Of a stretch of 64,000 bases of DNA, positions 27,501 to 44,039 are shown one piece after another (the first letter of the stretch is position 1; each line of letters opens with the position of its first letter). This DNA is from Octopus vulgaris (taxonomy: Eukaryota): NCBI GenBank assembly GCA_951406725.2, contig OX597819.1, positions 63,674,001 through 63,738,000 on the forward strand, given 5' to 3'. The notes beneath the pieces are model-generated. The model ran no database searches and was not told where the DNA came from. It was given only the letters and a program-made list of their open reading frames with translations. Both the position numbers and the translations under genes were made by a program.

Positions 27501-27616
27501 GTACCTTAGAGATACCACCACGCAGACAATAGCAGACAAATCCTGACTCTAAAACCACATGTGGTTTTAGAATCAGGTTTTGTCTGCTATTCCAGCGTGG
27601 TAGTATATCTAAGGTA
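27501..27616. mobile_element. Foldback (palindromic) MITE-like element
   Basis: gtaccttagagataccaccacgc..aatagcagacaaatcctgactctaaaaccac-at-gtggttttagaatcaggttttgtctgctatt..gcgtggtagtatatctaaggtac. Confidence 0.8.
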
Positions 27617-27624
27617 CCTGAATT

Positions 27625-27673
<49 letters not shown>

Positions 27674-27787
27674 TACATACATGTATAAGAATACATATAT
27701 ATACATACACATATATAAATATATATATACATAAGAATCAGTATATGTATCTATTTGCCTATCTATCTATCTATATATAATCTCTCA

Positions 27788-27819
<32 letters not shown>

Positions 27820-27858
27820 GTGTGTGTGTGTATGCGTGTGTGTGTATGTATGTGTGTA

Positions 27859-27897
<39 letters not shown>

Positions 27898-28558
27898 CAA
27901 CATGGGGATAAACATAAGGTACAATGGATCTTTGAAACATTACGTTGATCCACACGAAAACAATTGAATAACGCAACAAATATTTATGCAAAAAATAGCA
28001 TAAAATAAAGGTAATAATGTCAAAAACTTGGAACTAACGAAACCGATAGCAGTGCGGTGCTGGCGAATGAAAAGAATCTGGGAAACAATGACAACGTCAA
28101 GATTCTAAGAAAGAGCTACAGATCAGCTTCCTCTATTACTGAGGATGTTGCTTCTAATCCTTGTGTGGATGGGGACGCTGACGGTGTGTATGCTGATGAT
28201 AAAAGTGATTAATAATATTGAAACCCAGATGAATATCGCGAGTAACGACAAAGATCAAGGCCACTGAACGAAATAAAAAAATATATATGATGTTTAATAA
28301 GATCCTTTCATCTCGCGTATTAATTAATACTAATTTAATGATGTCAGGAAGAAAAAAAAATATTTATTATCAATTTGTAAGGATTAAGTAGAATCTAATT
28401 TCATATTAAGGATCAACGTGGGAAATATGGTGGATTCTTGAAACTTATGAAACGGAACGGGAGATTAATTATCTCATGACGAACACACTTCCAATATATA
28501 TGCATACATACACACACAGACACGCAAACACACAAACATATGTGTATGTATGTATATA

Positions 28559-28598
<40 letters not shown>

Positions 28599-28660
28599 AA
28601 TAGATAGATATATATATATATATAAATACACACACGTACATACATACATACATACATACA

Positions 28661-28721
<61 letters not shown>

Positions 28722-28801
28722 GTTGGAATCTAATTAAATTTCGGATCAGCTAATACATGTATAAATGCATACAACACACAGACACACACACAGACACACA
28801 C

Positions 28802-28893
<92 letters not shown>

Positions 28894-30241
28894 TCGTAAG
28901 CATGTTACTCTGCATGCAATAATATAAAGGCACATCTACCTGGAGATACATGGAAAATGCCTCCGGTAGAGGAAAATATTTGTTATATAAACTAAAATAT
29001 TAGAAGTTCCATTTTTACGTTTCTTTTTGTCTGAAATGATAAAATATGGACGGGACCGCCGCTACACTTAAAAAAACATTAACATCTCTATATGACGACT
29101 AAAGAGCTAATCAGATATTGATTGTGACCACCAGATGTGTACCACCAAAATGTACCACATTTACTCTAAATCTTAGTGGTTTCTTTTTATGTATACATGT
29201 GAAGATCGACGGTAATTTCCTTCCTCGTATATCCGTCACACAATATCGTACAAGCGTAGGGTACCCATGAGCTGATAAAGTTGTTATATTTGGGAATGGA
29301 TGAATACGGTACCGTGTTTTGGATATGTTGAGTCATTTAGGTAGCCATAATAAAAGACTTCCCATTCGGTAATCAGAATTAGCTGAATAAATTTCGATAG
29401 AATAATCGCATATAAGTATTCTGCTCCGAACTTTTCTCGAATATTATCGAAGGATATAATAGGTCATATACATTCATTTCATTCTCATTGGTGATGTAGA
29501 CTTTAGCTTCATGGCTATATAGACTTCATATACATTGCTAAGTATACTTTCTCTTCAGAAACTAATGCATAGAATAACAATTGCTTTTTTTATCATTGTT
29601 GTTTGATTATATTAGTTTTGACGGGTATACGTTTCCAGCTAGCATACTTGGCAACTGTTTCCATCAGGGCAATTAGCCCCATTTTCATAAAGAACCGCCA
29701 TATACAGATATTAACCGCCGTAGCTTCCCTCTTGCTATTCCATTTCGCAAAAGGACTTTTAAACATTATAAATCTTCTTATTTTCAGAAAGTTAATATGG
29801 AAAAGCATGTTATTCGATGCTTACTCCTTAATATTTAAAAACGAGTGATAATTAATTGATCAATATATTGCATGATTATTGATAAAGAAGAGTCTCTCTT
29901 TTATTGCCTCACATAACAAAAAAAAAAAAACAAAGAAAAATACGTCCAAAATTGAACATCATACGGTTCTCATTCTTTTTCTCAAATTGTTATGTAAGGA
30001 TTCATTATTCTTGTTCGGGTCGTGACTTTCCTATTTATCTTTTCTACACGTATACTGGAATTAAGTTTGGAAAATATTAACCTATTTTACAATGATGCAC
30101 TTATTGAGATGCATATACAATGTTGTACTGAATCCGAATGCCAGAGATCGTGTCAGTGATGTTGTCATTGTTTGGTAAAATTGTCCAGCATGAACCGGGA
30201 GAAACCTGCATACATAGATACACAGATACATACATACATAC

Positions 30242-30304
<63 letters not shown>

Positions 30305-30759
30305 CATACATACATACATACATACATACATACATACGTACATACTTACATACATACACAAACAAACAGAAGCATGCATGCATACATACAGATGTGTAAG
30401 TATATATATATATATATGTATGTATTGTCAGTGTGTGTTGGTCTGTGTGTAGTGTGTCACTGAGTGTGTCTAAGTGCATGTATAGGTAACACCGACCAAA
30501 AACAAAACGGATAATATTGCGCATATAATGTAGAATTGTACTGCAGATTAATTGGGTAATAAAAGTACAAGCTCGATTATACTTCTACAAAATCTATCCA
30601 AAACACCGCCCCTATAAATTCAAATATAGGTTTACTTACGCTGATTGACTCCTGGCAAATATGTTGGCCAACGTTCAATGAGGAACATCAATAATTTCCT
30701 TTCACAAAGACGAGTAAAAGATGGACTATTATCATCAATGATTGACAGCATTATTGATA

Positions 30760-30928
30760 TGGAATTAGGTAATACAGTTCTATATTTAAGAGATGAAGAT
30801 TTATGTACATTATTTACATTTCACGGATATTTGTCTTCATCTTTTGACTGATATATCCTCCAGGCTTCATCAGGTGTCTTGGAGATATCTCGAAACTGAG
30901 TTTTCATTCTTGAGATATTTTTCAATAT
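30760..30928 (-). mobile_element. Trinucleotide-tract-associated hammerhead-bearing element (family of 62140-62325)
   Basis: Minus strand ...aatatctcaagaatgaaaactcagtttcgagatatctccaagacacCTGATGAAgcctggaggatatatcagtc matches 62145-62230. Confidence 0.65.
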
Positions 30929-30977
30929 TGTTGTTGTTGTTGTTGTTGTTCTTCTTCTTCTTCTTCTTCTTCTTCTT

Positions 30978-31052
<75 letters not shown>

Positions 31053-31063
31053 TCTACTATTAT

Positions 31064-31148
31064 TTAGGCCAATGCCTGGAATCGAACTCGAAATCCTGGG
31101 GTTAGTAGCACTCACTCTTACCTACAACGCCATATGCCCGTGACCTGA
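31064..31148 (-). mobile_element. Tailless tRNA-like repeat between (TTA)n and (AAT)n
   Basis: Minus strand gggcatatggcgttgtagg (A-box)...ctactaa loop...gagttcgattcc (B-box). A partial copy lies at ~61700-61722. Confidence 0.6.
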
Positions 31149-31234
31149 ATAATAACAATAACAACAACAACAACAAAAATAATTGGAAGAAGAATGATAA
31201 AATGATAAAGATGATGATGATGATGATGATAATA

Positions 31235-31269
<35 letters not shown>

Positions 31270-31275
31270 TATTAT

Positions 31276-31406
<131 letters not shown>

Positions 31407-31416
31407 TAATAATAAG

Positions 31417-33905
<2,489 letters not shown>

Positions 33906-33921
33906 TAACAATAATAATAAC

Positions 33922-34018
<97 letters not shown>

Positions 34019-34026
34019 TTATAATA

Positions 34027-35240
34027 AGCCATACCAGTCGTGACTTACAGTTTCAATATCGTTAACTGGTCAATTACTGAAATATGTAATCTTGACAGAA
34101 AAATACGAAAACTGTTGACAATGCATAGAATGCACCACCCTAAGGCAGATATAGAACGAGTTCATCTGCCAGGAAAATAAGGATGCCGTGGACTTTTACA
34201 ACTGGCAATAACAATGAAGATTGCTACAATTGGCCTAGACACCTACCTGAAAATCTCTGAGGACTGGATGTTAAAATTTATCTCAAAGCATGAGAACAAG
34301 TAAGCATCATACTCTCTTACAAAACAGGCAAAGGAATATCTAAGTGAATTCCGAATACAACAAATTTCGGAATTAGACATACAAGAAACAAACACAGAAA
34401 AATCTAAGCGCATGAAAAGCTGTGCTAAAATTGCTGCCTTAGATATTCTGAATGATAAATTGCAAGAAAAACTTCTCAATGACAAATACCCAAAGAGAGC
34501 GAATAATGCAGATGTTGACAAATCCCTGACCCATCAATGGCTAATGGCCTCTGGCTTAAAATCTGAAACAGAAGGGTTTATCATAGCAGCTCAAGATCAA
34601 TGCCTACCTACAATGAACTACCAGGCCAACATATTAAAGAACGGCAGTAGCCCAACATTTCGTGTATGTCAACAACAAAATGAAACCATTGATCATGTTG
34701 TCTCCATGTGCAGTCTTCTTGCGCCTTCAGAGTATCTCAACAGGCATGATAGAGCTGCTCAATATTTTCACTGGGTAATTTGCCAAAACCTGGACTTGCC
34801 CCATGAAAAAAACTGGTGGGAACACAAACCACCTCCAGTGATTGGAAATGACCACATCTCACTCCTCTGGAACTTCACCATTCAAACGGACAGAAAGATA
34901 ATTGCGAATAGGCCAGACGTCATATTGAAAGACTTCAGACAAAGAACATGCCTTCTCATTGATATGACTATCCCAATCGATATAAACGTATATGCCAAGA
35001 CCTACCAAAAACTGAGCAAATATAAAGATCTTGAAATAGAACTCAGCAAAATGTGGAACCTGAAGACTAAAACAATACCTGTTTTCATAGGTGCCCTGGG
35101 AATGATAGCAAAAGGAGCTGATTGCTATCTAATTCAGATACTAGGAAACCCCAAAATGGCAGAAATTCAAAAGATAGTGCTCATGGGAACTGCTCATATC
35201 CTACGCAAAATACTTTCTATCTAATCTCAAGTGTTAAAAC
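34027..35240 (+). mobile_element. Second, divergent R4/Dong fragment (C-terminal half)
   Basis: GLKSETEGFIIAAQDQ, ETIDHVVSMC, RHD, NRPDVI, LIDMTIP, KLSKYKDL in ORF 34412-35224. Begins directly after (AAT)n. Confidence 0.88.
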
Positions 35241-35269
35241 AAACACTAACAATGTGATTCACAATTTCG

Positions 35270-35470
35270 ACCCTCTTCCCACACATTCTCTCTCGTTGGC
35301 TGTTCATGTTTGGAATTCATGAGCACTCCTTCTGCACTAGCAGCATACTGTAGCAGGCCTTCTTTGCTGTCTACTAAATATTCTTCCATGTTTATTCTTC
35401 CGCTGTTCATGCACTCCCGTCCACTAATCTTTCCACATTTCCACTTACCTCTTTTCGAGTAGAACCTGTG
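35270..35470 (-). mobile_element. Third short R4/Dong-like fragment, opposite orientation, next to (TTA)n
   Basis: Minus peptide HRFYSKRGKWKCGKISGRECMNSGRINMEEYLVDSKEGLLQYAA resembles the RLY..R..GGRGL...E region of the first copy. Confidence 0.45.
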
Positions 35471-35496
35471 TATTATTATTATTATTATTATTATCA

Positions 35497-35579
<83 letters not shown>

Positions 35580-36045
35580 GTTGTTGTTGTTATTTTTGTT
35601 ATTGTTAGTATTATTATTATCGATGATGTTGTTATTATTAGTATTATTATTGTTTTTGTTGTTGTTGTTGCTATTACTATATCGTCCATCATTTTCGACG
35701 ATGGCCAAAGACATTACGTCGGAGAAGAAGACGGGGCATGGTGCATTTGACTGTTGTCGAATGAATCCTAACCGTGCACGAAGGCTTTGCCGCAGGTCGG
35801 GCACCAGTAGTCTGATGGGACTGAAGTTAAGGTGTTAACTCTGGATTTGCGTAGTTCACCGTTTCTTTGCTCTCAGAAAATATGTGTATGTGTGTGCTTT
35901 TTGTATGTGTATGTGATTGCGTATGTGCACGTGTGTATTTGATCAATTAGTCTGGTGGACCAAGTAGAACAAATAGCAAGAGATACATGAAAATACGTAC
36001 TCGACCATTTGGCCCAAAATTCACAAAGATGAGATAAGTATGCGC

Positions 36046-36125
<80 letters not shown>

Positions 36126-36250
36126 ATGTATATGTATATACGTCTATTCCTTTATGTGTTTCAACCTGTGGTCAATCGGCAGCACCACCTTATACATTTA
36201 CAAATACACACATTTGTATGTGGGTATTTCTATACAGATATATCTATCGT

Positions 36251-36305
<55 letters not shown>

Positions 36306-36365
36306 CAATAATAATTCTCTAAAAGGGATATAGACAGTAACTGCTCGATAACATAGGGACTAAAG

Positions 36366-36589
36366 CCATCTGAATATGGCTAGGGACAGCGGGTGGGGGT
36401 GTTACTGTTGCATTTAGCCCCAGGCGAACATCGACGTCACCAGAAAGGCTCGACACCGTCACGGTGCCCTAAACCTGAGGGCACCGTGACGGTGTCGAGC
36501 CTTTCTGGTGACGTCGATGTTCGCCTGGGGCTAAATGCAACAGTAACACCCCCACCACCCTGCCTGTCCCTAGCCATATTCGGTTATGG
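36366..36589. mobile_element. GC-rich near-perfect foldback element in (TA)n
   Basis: Perfect 79-bp arms 36392-36470 and 36478-36556 with a 7-nt loop (aaacctg), extended by imperfect arms to ~105 bp. Confidence 0.9.
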
Positions 36590-36643
<54 letters not shown>

Positions 36644-36701
36644 GCGTTTTCGGTTGTGGTATTATATTGCGCCCAGCTGTTTATATATATATATATATAT
36701 A

Positions 36702-39446
36702 CTAGCAGTTAAGCCTGGTTTCACCCGGTCTGTTTGGATGATGTGGGTGTGATCGTTTTCGGCTAGGCATAGTCTATAACAGCGTTCCTGTAGCTTATCA
36801 TTTCGGGTCCCCTGTTTCGATTGGTGCCTCCAGCTGTATGAAAATATCCCCACTCTTGTCAGGAAACAGCTTCAGGTGTTGTGAAAAAGAATTTGTACGT
36901 AGTCTGTACGTAGTCTGTTTCTGAGAGCTATTGTATTGGACCTCTGTCTAATCATTTTAAAAGATTTATTTAATTACGAACATAGAAAGAAATTGTAATT
37001 TATTCCTATTTTTGTAAGCAGTTGTATCCGTAAAAATGTTATTTGCTGAGAGCAGAAATTGAAATATATGTGAAATGGACGTGAGTGTGTGTGCGTGCTT
37101 GCGCATGTGTATGTAAGAGAGAAAGAGGGTGAGAAAGAGATATAGAGTGAGTGAGTGTAAGTGAGTGATGGTGTGTGTCATTGAGTTACGTTGACTGGCG
37201 CGGCGACTACGAAGCTTTTGAGGTGGCAGATGACTGGAGTTATTGAAAGATGTGAAGAAATGCCATCTTTTCAATGGGGCGCTTTTTGTAGGCAACGTTT
37301 CTCGTTTTCACTTCTGATGCACAAATGTATAGACTTTGTGGGGTGCCAACACGGGAGCATCCAATGTAAAGTTAACCGTGGGAGAACATTGGGGCTGCCC
37401 TGCTTCTTTTGACTCCTTAAGGAGTGAGCGCCGATTTTGAATACGCATGGAACGAAGACGGGCCTGTCTTGTTTCCACAGGCTCGTCAAGTATCGCAGCA
37501 AGACGGCCCTCACTTGCTTCTGGTGTTTCCTGAAAGAAATAGTAGAGGACATATGAAAGTGCAATATTGAAATGGGATACAGGAGAATGTGTAGAAGCAA
37601 AATCGAAATGATATGAAACAGAGCATTGATCGTTTTCGGTTAGGCATTATCTATAAAGAAGGTTTTTACTGAGGCAAACGTCATGAGATTTTTTAAAGAA
37701 CTTAAAAATAAGTGTTAAGAAAGTATAGTCTTTTTTTGTAACTTGAACCTGTGTCTGAAAGTGAAACGTTAATATTTTTGAACAAAGTATTAATGTTTAT
37801 CTGCTATGATAGGTGGAAAGGTATAACGATAAATAAGAAAAAAAATGAAATGTTTCAAAAAAAGCATGCAGCTTTGAAGAAGATATATGAAATGGACGTG
37901 TATGTGTGTATTTGTGTGTGTTTTCTGGCTAATTTGGCGGGATTTTTGCAGTCAGCACGATGTGGTTTGTGTTTATCTCTGGAGTGGAATTGTTGTTAAT
38001 TTGTCTGTAATAGCAATGCCCGGACAAGTAAAAATATCTTCGCAGAAAACAGCTTCAGGAGTTGTACGTAGTCTGTTTGTGAGAACTATTCTATTGGACC
38101 TCTGTCTAATCGCGTATTTTAAGGTACACACAAATACGTAGAAAATGTGAGGGCATGGTTAAAATGATTTACGGTAGTTAATTTATGGAAAAGATTATGT
38201 GAAATTTTTGAAATGCATCCATATTGTAATATGTAGTTTGAATGAGAAACTGTAACTAAAGATGAAGATAATTAACCCCAAAAAGAGATGAAAGAAGAGA
38301 GACAGCATAGGGAGAGGTTTGGCTGACTCATCCTGTAGTCAACTTGTTGCTAGTGGAATGGTATATGGTGGTTGTGTGAGCAACTGGTTGTTTTAATGGG
38401 GGAACAAAGAGTGGAAGAAGTTTTAATCGATTTTCTCGGTAAGTATGGGTGCTATGAAAAAAATAGAAGAGGCATTAAGAACTTGGCGTTAAGAATTGCT
38501 TTAACAGTTAGTACATGTTTGACATTTCAATCATCACCAAAAAATGAAGCTGTATGAATTTACGGGGAAATTGTATGTAAGAGGTAAAGCAGAAATGATT
38601 TTTAACTATACTGCCAAAGTTCTGCAACTTAATAGCAGACGTATCCAATTTAAGAAAAGTGATGAAAAAAGCTAAGTGGAAAATTATGGTAGAAGTCATT
38701 TGTATATGCGCTTATAGGAGAACGAAATGTAATTGAGAGCTATTGTATTGGACGTCTGTGTAATCAAGAGAGCAGAAATTGAAAGAAACTATATGAAATG
38801 GACATGTGTGTTTGTGTGTGTGTGTTTTCCGGCCAATTTGGCGGGAATTTTGCAGTCAGCAGGAAGTGGTTTGTGTTAATGTCTGGAGGGGTGGAAAGGG
38901 GATATTTTGAAGTCATTGTGAAAGTGAAAGAGACAGTTACAGGACCTCTATATTTAGCCCCTTGTGTGCAATACAGAAATAAGATACATGACGATTGTAT
39001 GAGTGAACTTCCTTTGAAGTTGGCGTGAAGCTGAAGAATTGATGTGCGTGGGTGTATGTGCATGAGAAAGAGTGTGTGTGTGTGAGAGAGAGAGAGAGGG
39101 AGAGAGAGCGTGTGTGTGTGTGTGAGAGAGAGAGCGTGTGTGCAATATGGGCGAGAGAGTTAACTGAAATTTCGTTATTCACTTGTTGTAGGGAAATAAT
39201 GTGTGAGTGCGTAAAGAGAAAAGGAGAGAGAAGTTACGTTTGTTGGCGGAGGAATTCCATTAGAAAAATTTAATCGATTTCCTCTATAACTATGCGGGCT
39301 GTGGAGAAAATACAAACTGCATTCCAATCTATGCACCCGTCTCCACATGTGTGCTATTTTTCACGCGAATCCATCCAGCCGTTTGGCTGTGAACCTCAAG
39401 ACAAGAAACAATACAACGCTCGTCCATGTCCAATTTATATTATAGA
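36702..39446 (-). mobile_element. Internally deleted Helitron retaining STPR-like repeat and Pif1 helicase C-terminal remnants
   Basis: Minus 5' end A|TCTATAATATAAATTGG. 3' end ccgggtgaaaccagg hairpin + CTAG|T. Peptides ETPEASEGRL...VETRQARLRSMR and PMFSHG*LYIGCSRVG...TRNVAYK at 37529-37280. Internal direct repeats. Confidence 0.88.
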
Positions 39447-39548
39447 TATATATACATACATACATACATACATACATACATACATACATACAAACATACA
39501 TACATATATACATACATACATGCATACATACATACATACATATATACA

Positions 39549-39580
<32 letters not shown>

Positions 39581-40935
39581 GAGTTAATGTAAGCAGCTGG
39601 GCGCAATATGATACCATTAGGAAAATTCAATCGCCTCAAAATGTGACTAAGAATGCCGAGACATCCACATATCTTACTGCTATTTCTAGCAGTGTATATA
39701 TCTCGGCACCCTTAATCATGTGATTATATTTGTGTGTGTGTGTGTGTGTGTGTCTGTGTCTGTGTGTATGAATATGAATGTATATTTGGATACCTAAAGA
39801 TAAACTTACTCAGATACAACTTACAATGTGCATGGCTATAATATTTGGATGCAAAAATATTATTTTCATAATTTTTGTCTAAAATGTGCATATAGTTTTG
39901 CATGTTAATGTATGCTTTCAAAAGTATATATTTTACGTGTTTGTTTTAGTTCTTGCGTAGAGACCCACATGCGTGTGTATCACTGTATTTTGCAAGATTC
40001 TCCGTGAAATAAAACGATTTTCATGTTAACATTTCTCCCTCTCGTCCCATTTCAGTGTAATTTTTACGTTGTATTCTATATATATTTTTTTAATACCAAA
40101 ATATCTTATGCCAATTTTCTTATCATACCACACCCTACCCAAATTATTTCCAGCACTAATCTACAAATAGAGAATCTTTAAACATCGCCACATTCACTTC
40201 CAACATGAACGGAACAGAAGAGAAACGTGAAATTGTTTACCGGAAGAATTTTGTCTCATATGTTTCCAGAAATATTTTCGCAGAATACAACACGGTTTAG
40301 TATTTCTTTTATTGTTGCACATAAAGATTCCTTTTGCTAGAGGGAATCTCTAAGAATGGATATTCCTTGAGGATATGCCGAGTCATTTGTTTAAAAAACT
40401 GAATAAAGAAACAGCGAACTAAAATGCAATAACATTTCATCCACCGTACTGATCAATGCGATATTCACAGCATAGAATAACATGAGAGGCGCATGGACGT
40501 TATGTGATGACAGCTCTAGTAAAATCAATAGCTACGAATATAAAAGTTATGCAAAAGGCATATTATCACACATACTCACACACAGCCAGGTATAGAGGCA
40601 AAAACCATAACACTAAAACCATATACAGAAGCATAAACACATAAAGCAGCAAGCATACTCACTAATATTTCACTCACGTAATAAAACTGTACTCATATCA
40701 AGCTGCGATTTGAGATACCCATGCATATAAATGCATATACGTTCTAACACACACTCACTAACATGCGCAGATATGCATGCGCATGTGGCTGGGTGTGTAT
40801 GTATGTATGTATGTATGTATGTATATATAAATATATATATATATATATATACATATATATATGCATATATATATACATATATTTATATATGCATGTGTAT
40901 ATATATATATATATAGTTAGATACATGCATATAAA

Positions 40936-40982
<47 letters not shown>

Positions 40983-41324
40983 GCTCATAAAAATATACAT
41001 GTACATATATATACATATATATACATATACATATACATATAGGCATATATCTGCATGTGTGTGTGTGTTGGTGTGTTGGTATGTGTTAGCGCGTGTCCGT
41101 GTGAGTCTGTGTTGAGGATATGCTAATTGACAAATCCGGGACTAAGGTAGTGCCTAAATATAAAATATACCGGTTTATAGTTACACACATACATTGCAAC
41201 AGAGATTTCTTTCTGACAAATTCTGTTAATCTTACCGTTGAATATGAATAGAAAGAAATTATTTAAAAGACAGATATATAAGTATTATATTAAGAGCAAG
41301 CATAATAATGAAAAAATAGAGACA

Positions 41325-41529
41325 CTCGTCGTCCTTGTCCCCCTCCACTTCGTCATTCTCTTCGTCCTCCCCTTCGTCCTCATCCCCTTCTCCGTAGTTC
41401 CTCCTCTTCGTCGTTCTCCTCCACTTTGTGCTCATCCTCCTCGCCCCCCTCTTCACTCCTCTTCCTGCTCCTCATCCTCTTTCTCGTCTTCCTCGCCCTC
41501 GTCCTTCTCCTTCTTCTCCTCCAACTACA

Positions 41530-41586
<57 letters not shown>

Positions 41587-42187
41587 GCTGCTGCTGCTCC
41601 TTCTGCTGCTGCTGCTGCCCCTTCTGCTGCTGCTGCTGCTCCTTCTGCTGCTGCTCCTTCTGCTCTGCTCCTGCTGCTGCTTCGGTACTGCTGCTGCTGC
41701 TGATGCCGTTGTTGCTGAAGGTACTACTAACAACGCTAATGATAATATTAATTACAATAGTAATAATAACAACACGAACAATTGTAAGTATCACAATAAG
41801 AACTATGATAATGATAATTTATGATAGTAGAAGACGAAGAAGAAGAAGAAGAAGAAGAAGAAGAAGAAGAAGAAGAAGAAGAAGAAGAAGAAGAAGAAGA
41901 AGAAGAAGAAGAAAAAAAAGAAGAGTAAATAAGAAGTACAAAAAGAAGGAAAATAAGAGGAAGAAGAAGAAGGAGAAAGAAAGAAGAACAGGAAGAAGAA
42001 AGGAAGAAGAAGAAGAAGAAGAAGAAGAAGAAGAAGAAGAAGAAGAAGAAGAAGAAGAAAAGAAAAAGAAGACGAAGAAGAAGAAGAAGAAAAGAAAACG
42101 AAGAAGAAGAAGACGAAGAAGATAAAGAAGGAGAAGAAGAAGAAGAAAGAAAAAGAAGAAGAAGAAAAGAAAAAGAAGAAGAAGAAT
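41325..42187. repeat. Large compound trinucleotide array (TCC/TCG)-(CTA)-(CTG)-(ATA)-(AAG)
   Basis: Directly visible. Confidence 0.92.
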
Positions 42188-42648
42188 GGGAAACGTTTAA
42201 AGCATATGCACATATATACACAGATGCTAACAAGACGTGGGAATTTTGAAGACAATATAAATGTAACGCACTGCATCGTAAATAGGGCAACGAGTCAAAC
42301 ATTTAAAATAACAAACAGAAATTTTATCAATAATTTCAATGGAAACTTTAAAGATATATTCAGTTTTATAAAAGGATCTCATGAAATACACCACCGCAAT
42401 TTTTCTCCTGGTTTCCGACAGCTAGGATTTTTTTTTCAAGATATCACAGATGGGAGCTACTGAGGACCCTTCAGTATTTTTAGGGTTATTCAAGAAAAAT
42501 CCCTGGTTGTTGTGTGGTAAAAAGCGCGTTTGCCAACAAAATGGTTCCAGTTTCAGTCCCACTGCGTGCCAAGCAAGTCACGTGGCTCTTACTATAGCCT
42601 CGTGGCAACCAAATACCTGTCTGTGGATTTGCTATATATATATACATA

Positions 42649-42816
<168 letters not shown>

Positions 42817-42819
42817 TAT

Positions 42820-43197
42820 AGGCGCAGGAGTGGCTGTGTGTAAGTAGCTTGCTTACCTGCCATATGGTTCTCTGTTTCAGTCCCACTGCATGGCACCTTG
42901 GACAATTGTCTTTTACTATAGCCTCGGGCTGACCAAATCCTTGTGGGCGGATTTGGTAGACGGAAACTGAAAGAAGCCCGTCTTATATATATATATATAT
43001 ATGTGTGTGTATGTGTGTTTGTCGCCTCACTATTGCTTGACAACCGATGATGGTGTCTTTACGCTTCGTCACTTATCGATTCGGCAAAAGGAACTTACAC
43101 AAAATAAGTCCTGGGATAGATTTGTTCGACTAAAGGCGGTGCTCCAGCGTGGCCGCATTCTAATGACTGAAACATGTAAAAGAATAAAATAATAAAA

Positions 43198-43200
<3 letters not shown>
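42820..43200 (+). mobile_element. SINE family C, best-preserved copy
   Basis: ggcgcaggagtggctgtgtgtaag (A-box), tttcagtcccactgc (B-box-like), CORE-like caccttggacaattgtc, internal (TA)(TG), and tail ...gactgaaacatgtaaaagaataaaa. Confidence 0.8.
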
Positions 43201-43238
<38 letters not shown>

Positions 43239-44039
43239 TGTATGTCTGTGTGTGTGTGTGTGTTTTCGTTGTGTCTCTCGTTTTTCCCCGTACTATTAGC
43301 GGTTCGCCGAAGAACCGATCGAGTAAGTACCCGCCTTAAAACATAAAGTGCTGGGGTCGATTTGTTGGTCTAATCAGTGAGACAAGATTAAAGATGCTAT
43401 TGAAGCTGTTATAAATCAATGGGTGAAAGTTGTTGAAAATCATTCATTTGGTTTCTCCATGCAGTGCATTAAATTATTCTCAGATAACATTCCTTTTTTC
43501 GTAGTCATGAGGTTGACTGCCTTCCCATTGTAGCATTGCTTTTGCTTCCTTATAAATGTAACATCCATAGCGTTGCTCTGTGTATGAGGATATCACAGCT
43601 TCACATCATCTCTTTTTGTATATCTTCTGATAAGAAATCTCTCCACATTTTTAGTTTATTGTTTCCTTTTACTTGCCTGCTCTGGAAGAAGAGGAGAATC
43701 CTTGAGACTTTGTAAGCCTCCAAAACCGACATTATATGTGTTTAGAATCTTTTCAATTTTCCACCCCAACACTTCTCCACAGAGTAAGTAGGTTGTATCA
43801 TCAGCTTGAGCGCTCGTTTCTGTAACTGGTATGTAATGAATTCCACTGCAATCTCTGGCGCACTTTCGTAAATTGTTCAAGATTCTAGACTCTGCTGGTT
43901 CCATTACTTCCTTTCACTGTTTTTTAACCAAATCTTTCTCTACTGCTCTTACAGGTTTACTGCATTCGAAATTTATTTCCCTGTTTGCAAAATATCGACA
44001 CATCCGATGCTTACAAAGTTTGCTTATAAAAGTATGTTT

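Noticed and set aside
28021-28210. Stop-free 63-codon stretch (QKLGTNETDS...)
   Set aside because: No start codon or splice acceptor, in-frame stops immediately upstream, and no recognisable domain.
35690-35870. GC-richer patch after the AAT tract as a retroelement 5' ribozyme or exon
   Set aside because: No fold or peptide motif could be supported by eye.
43430-44035. Possible decayed RTE-type LINE 3' region on the minus strand
   Set aside because: Only a vague resemblance (AKAMLQ). No motif is strong enough to call without a profile search.
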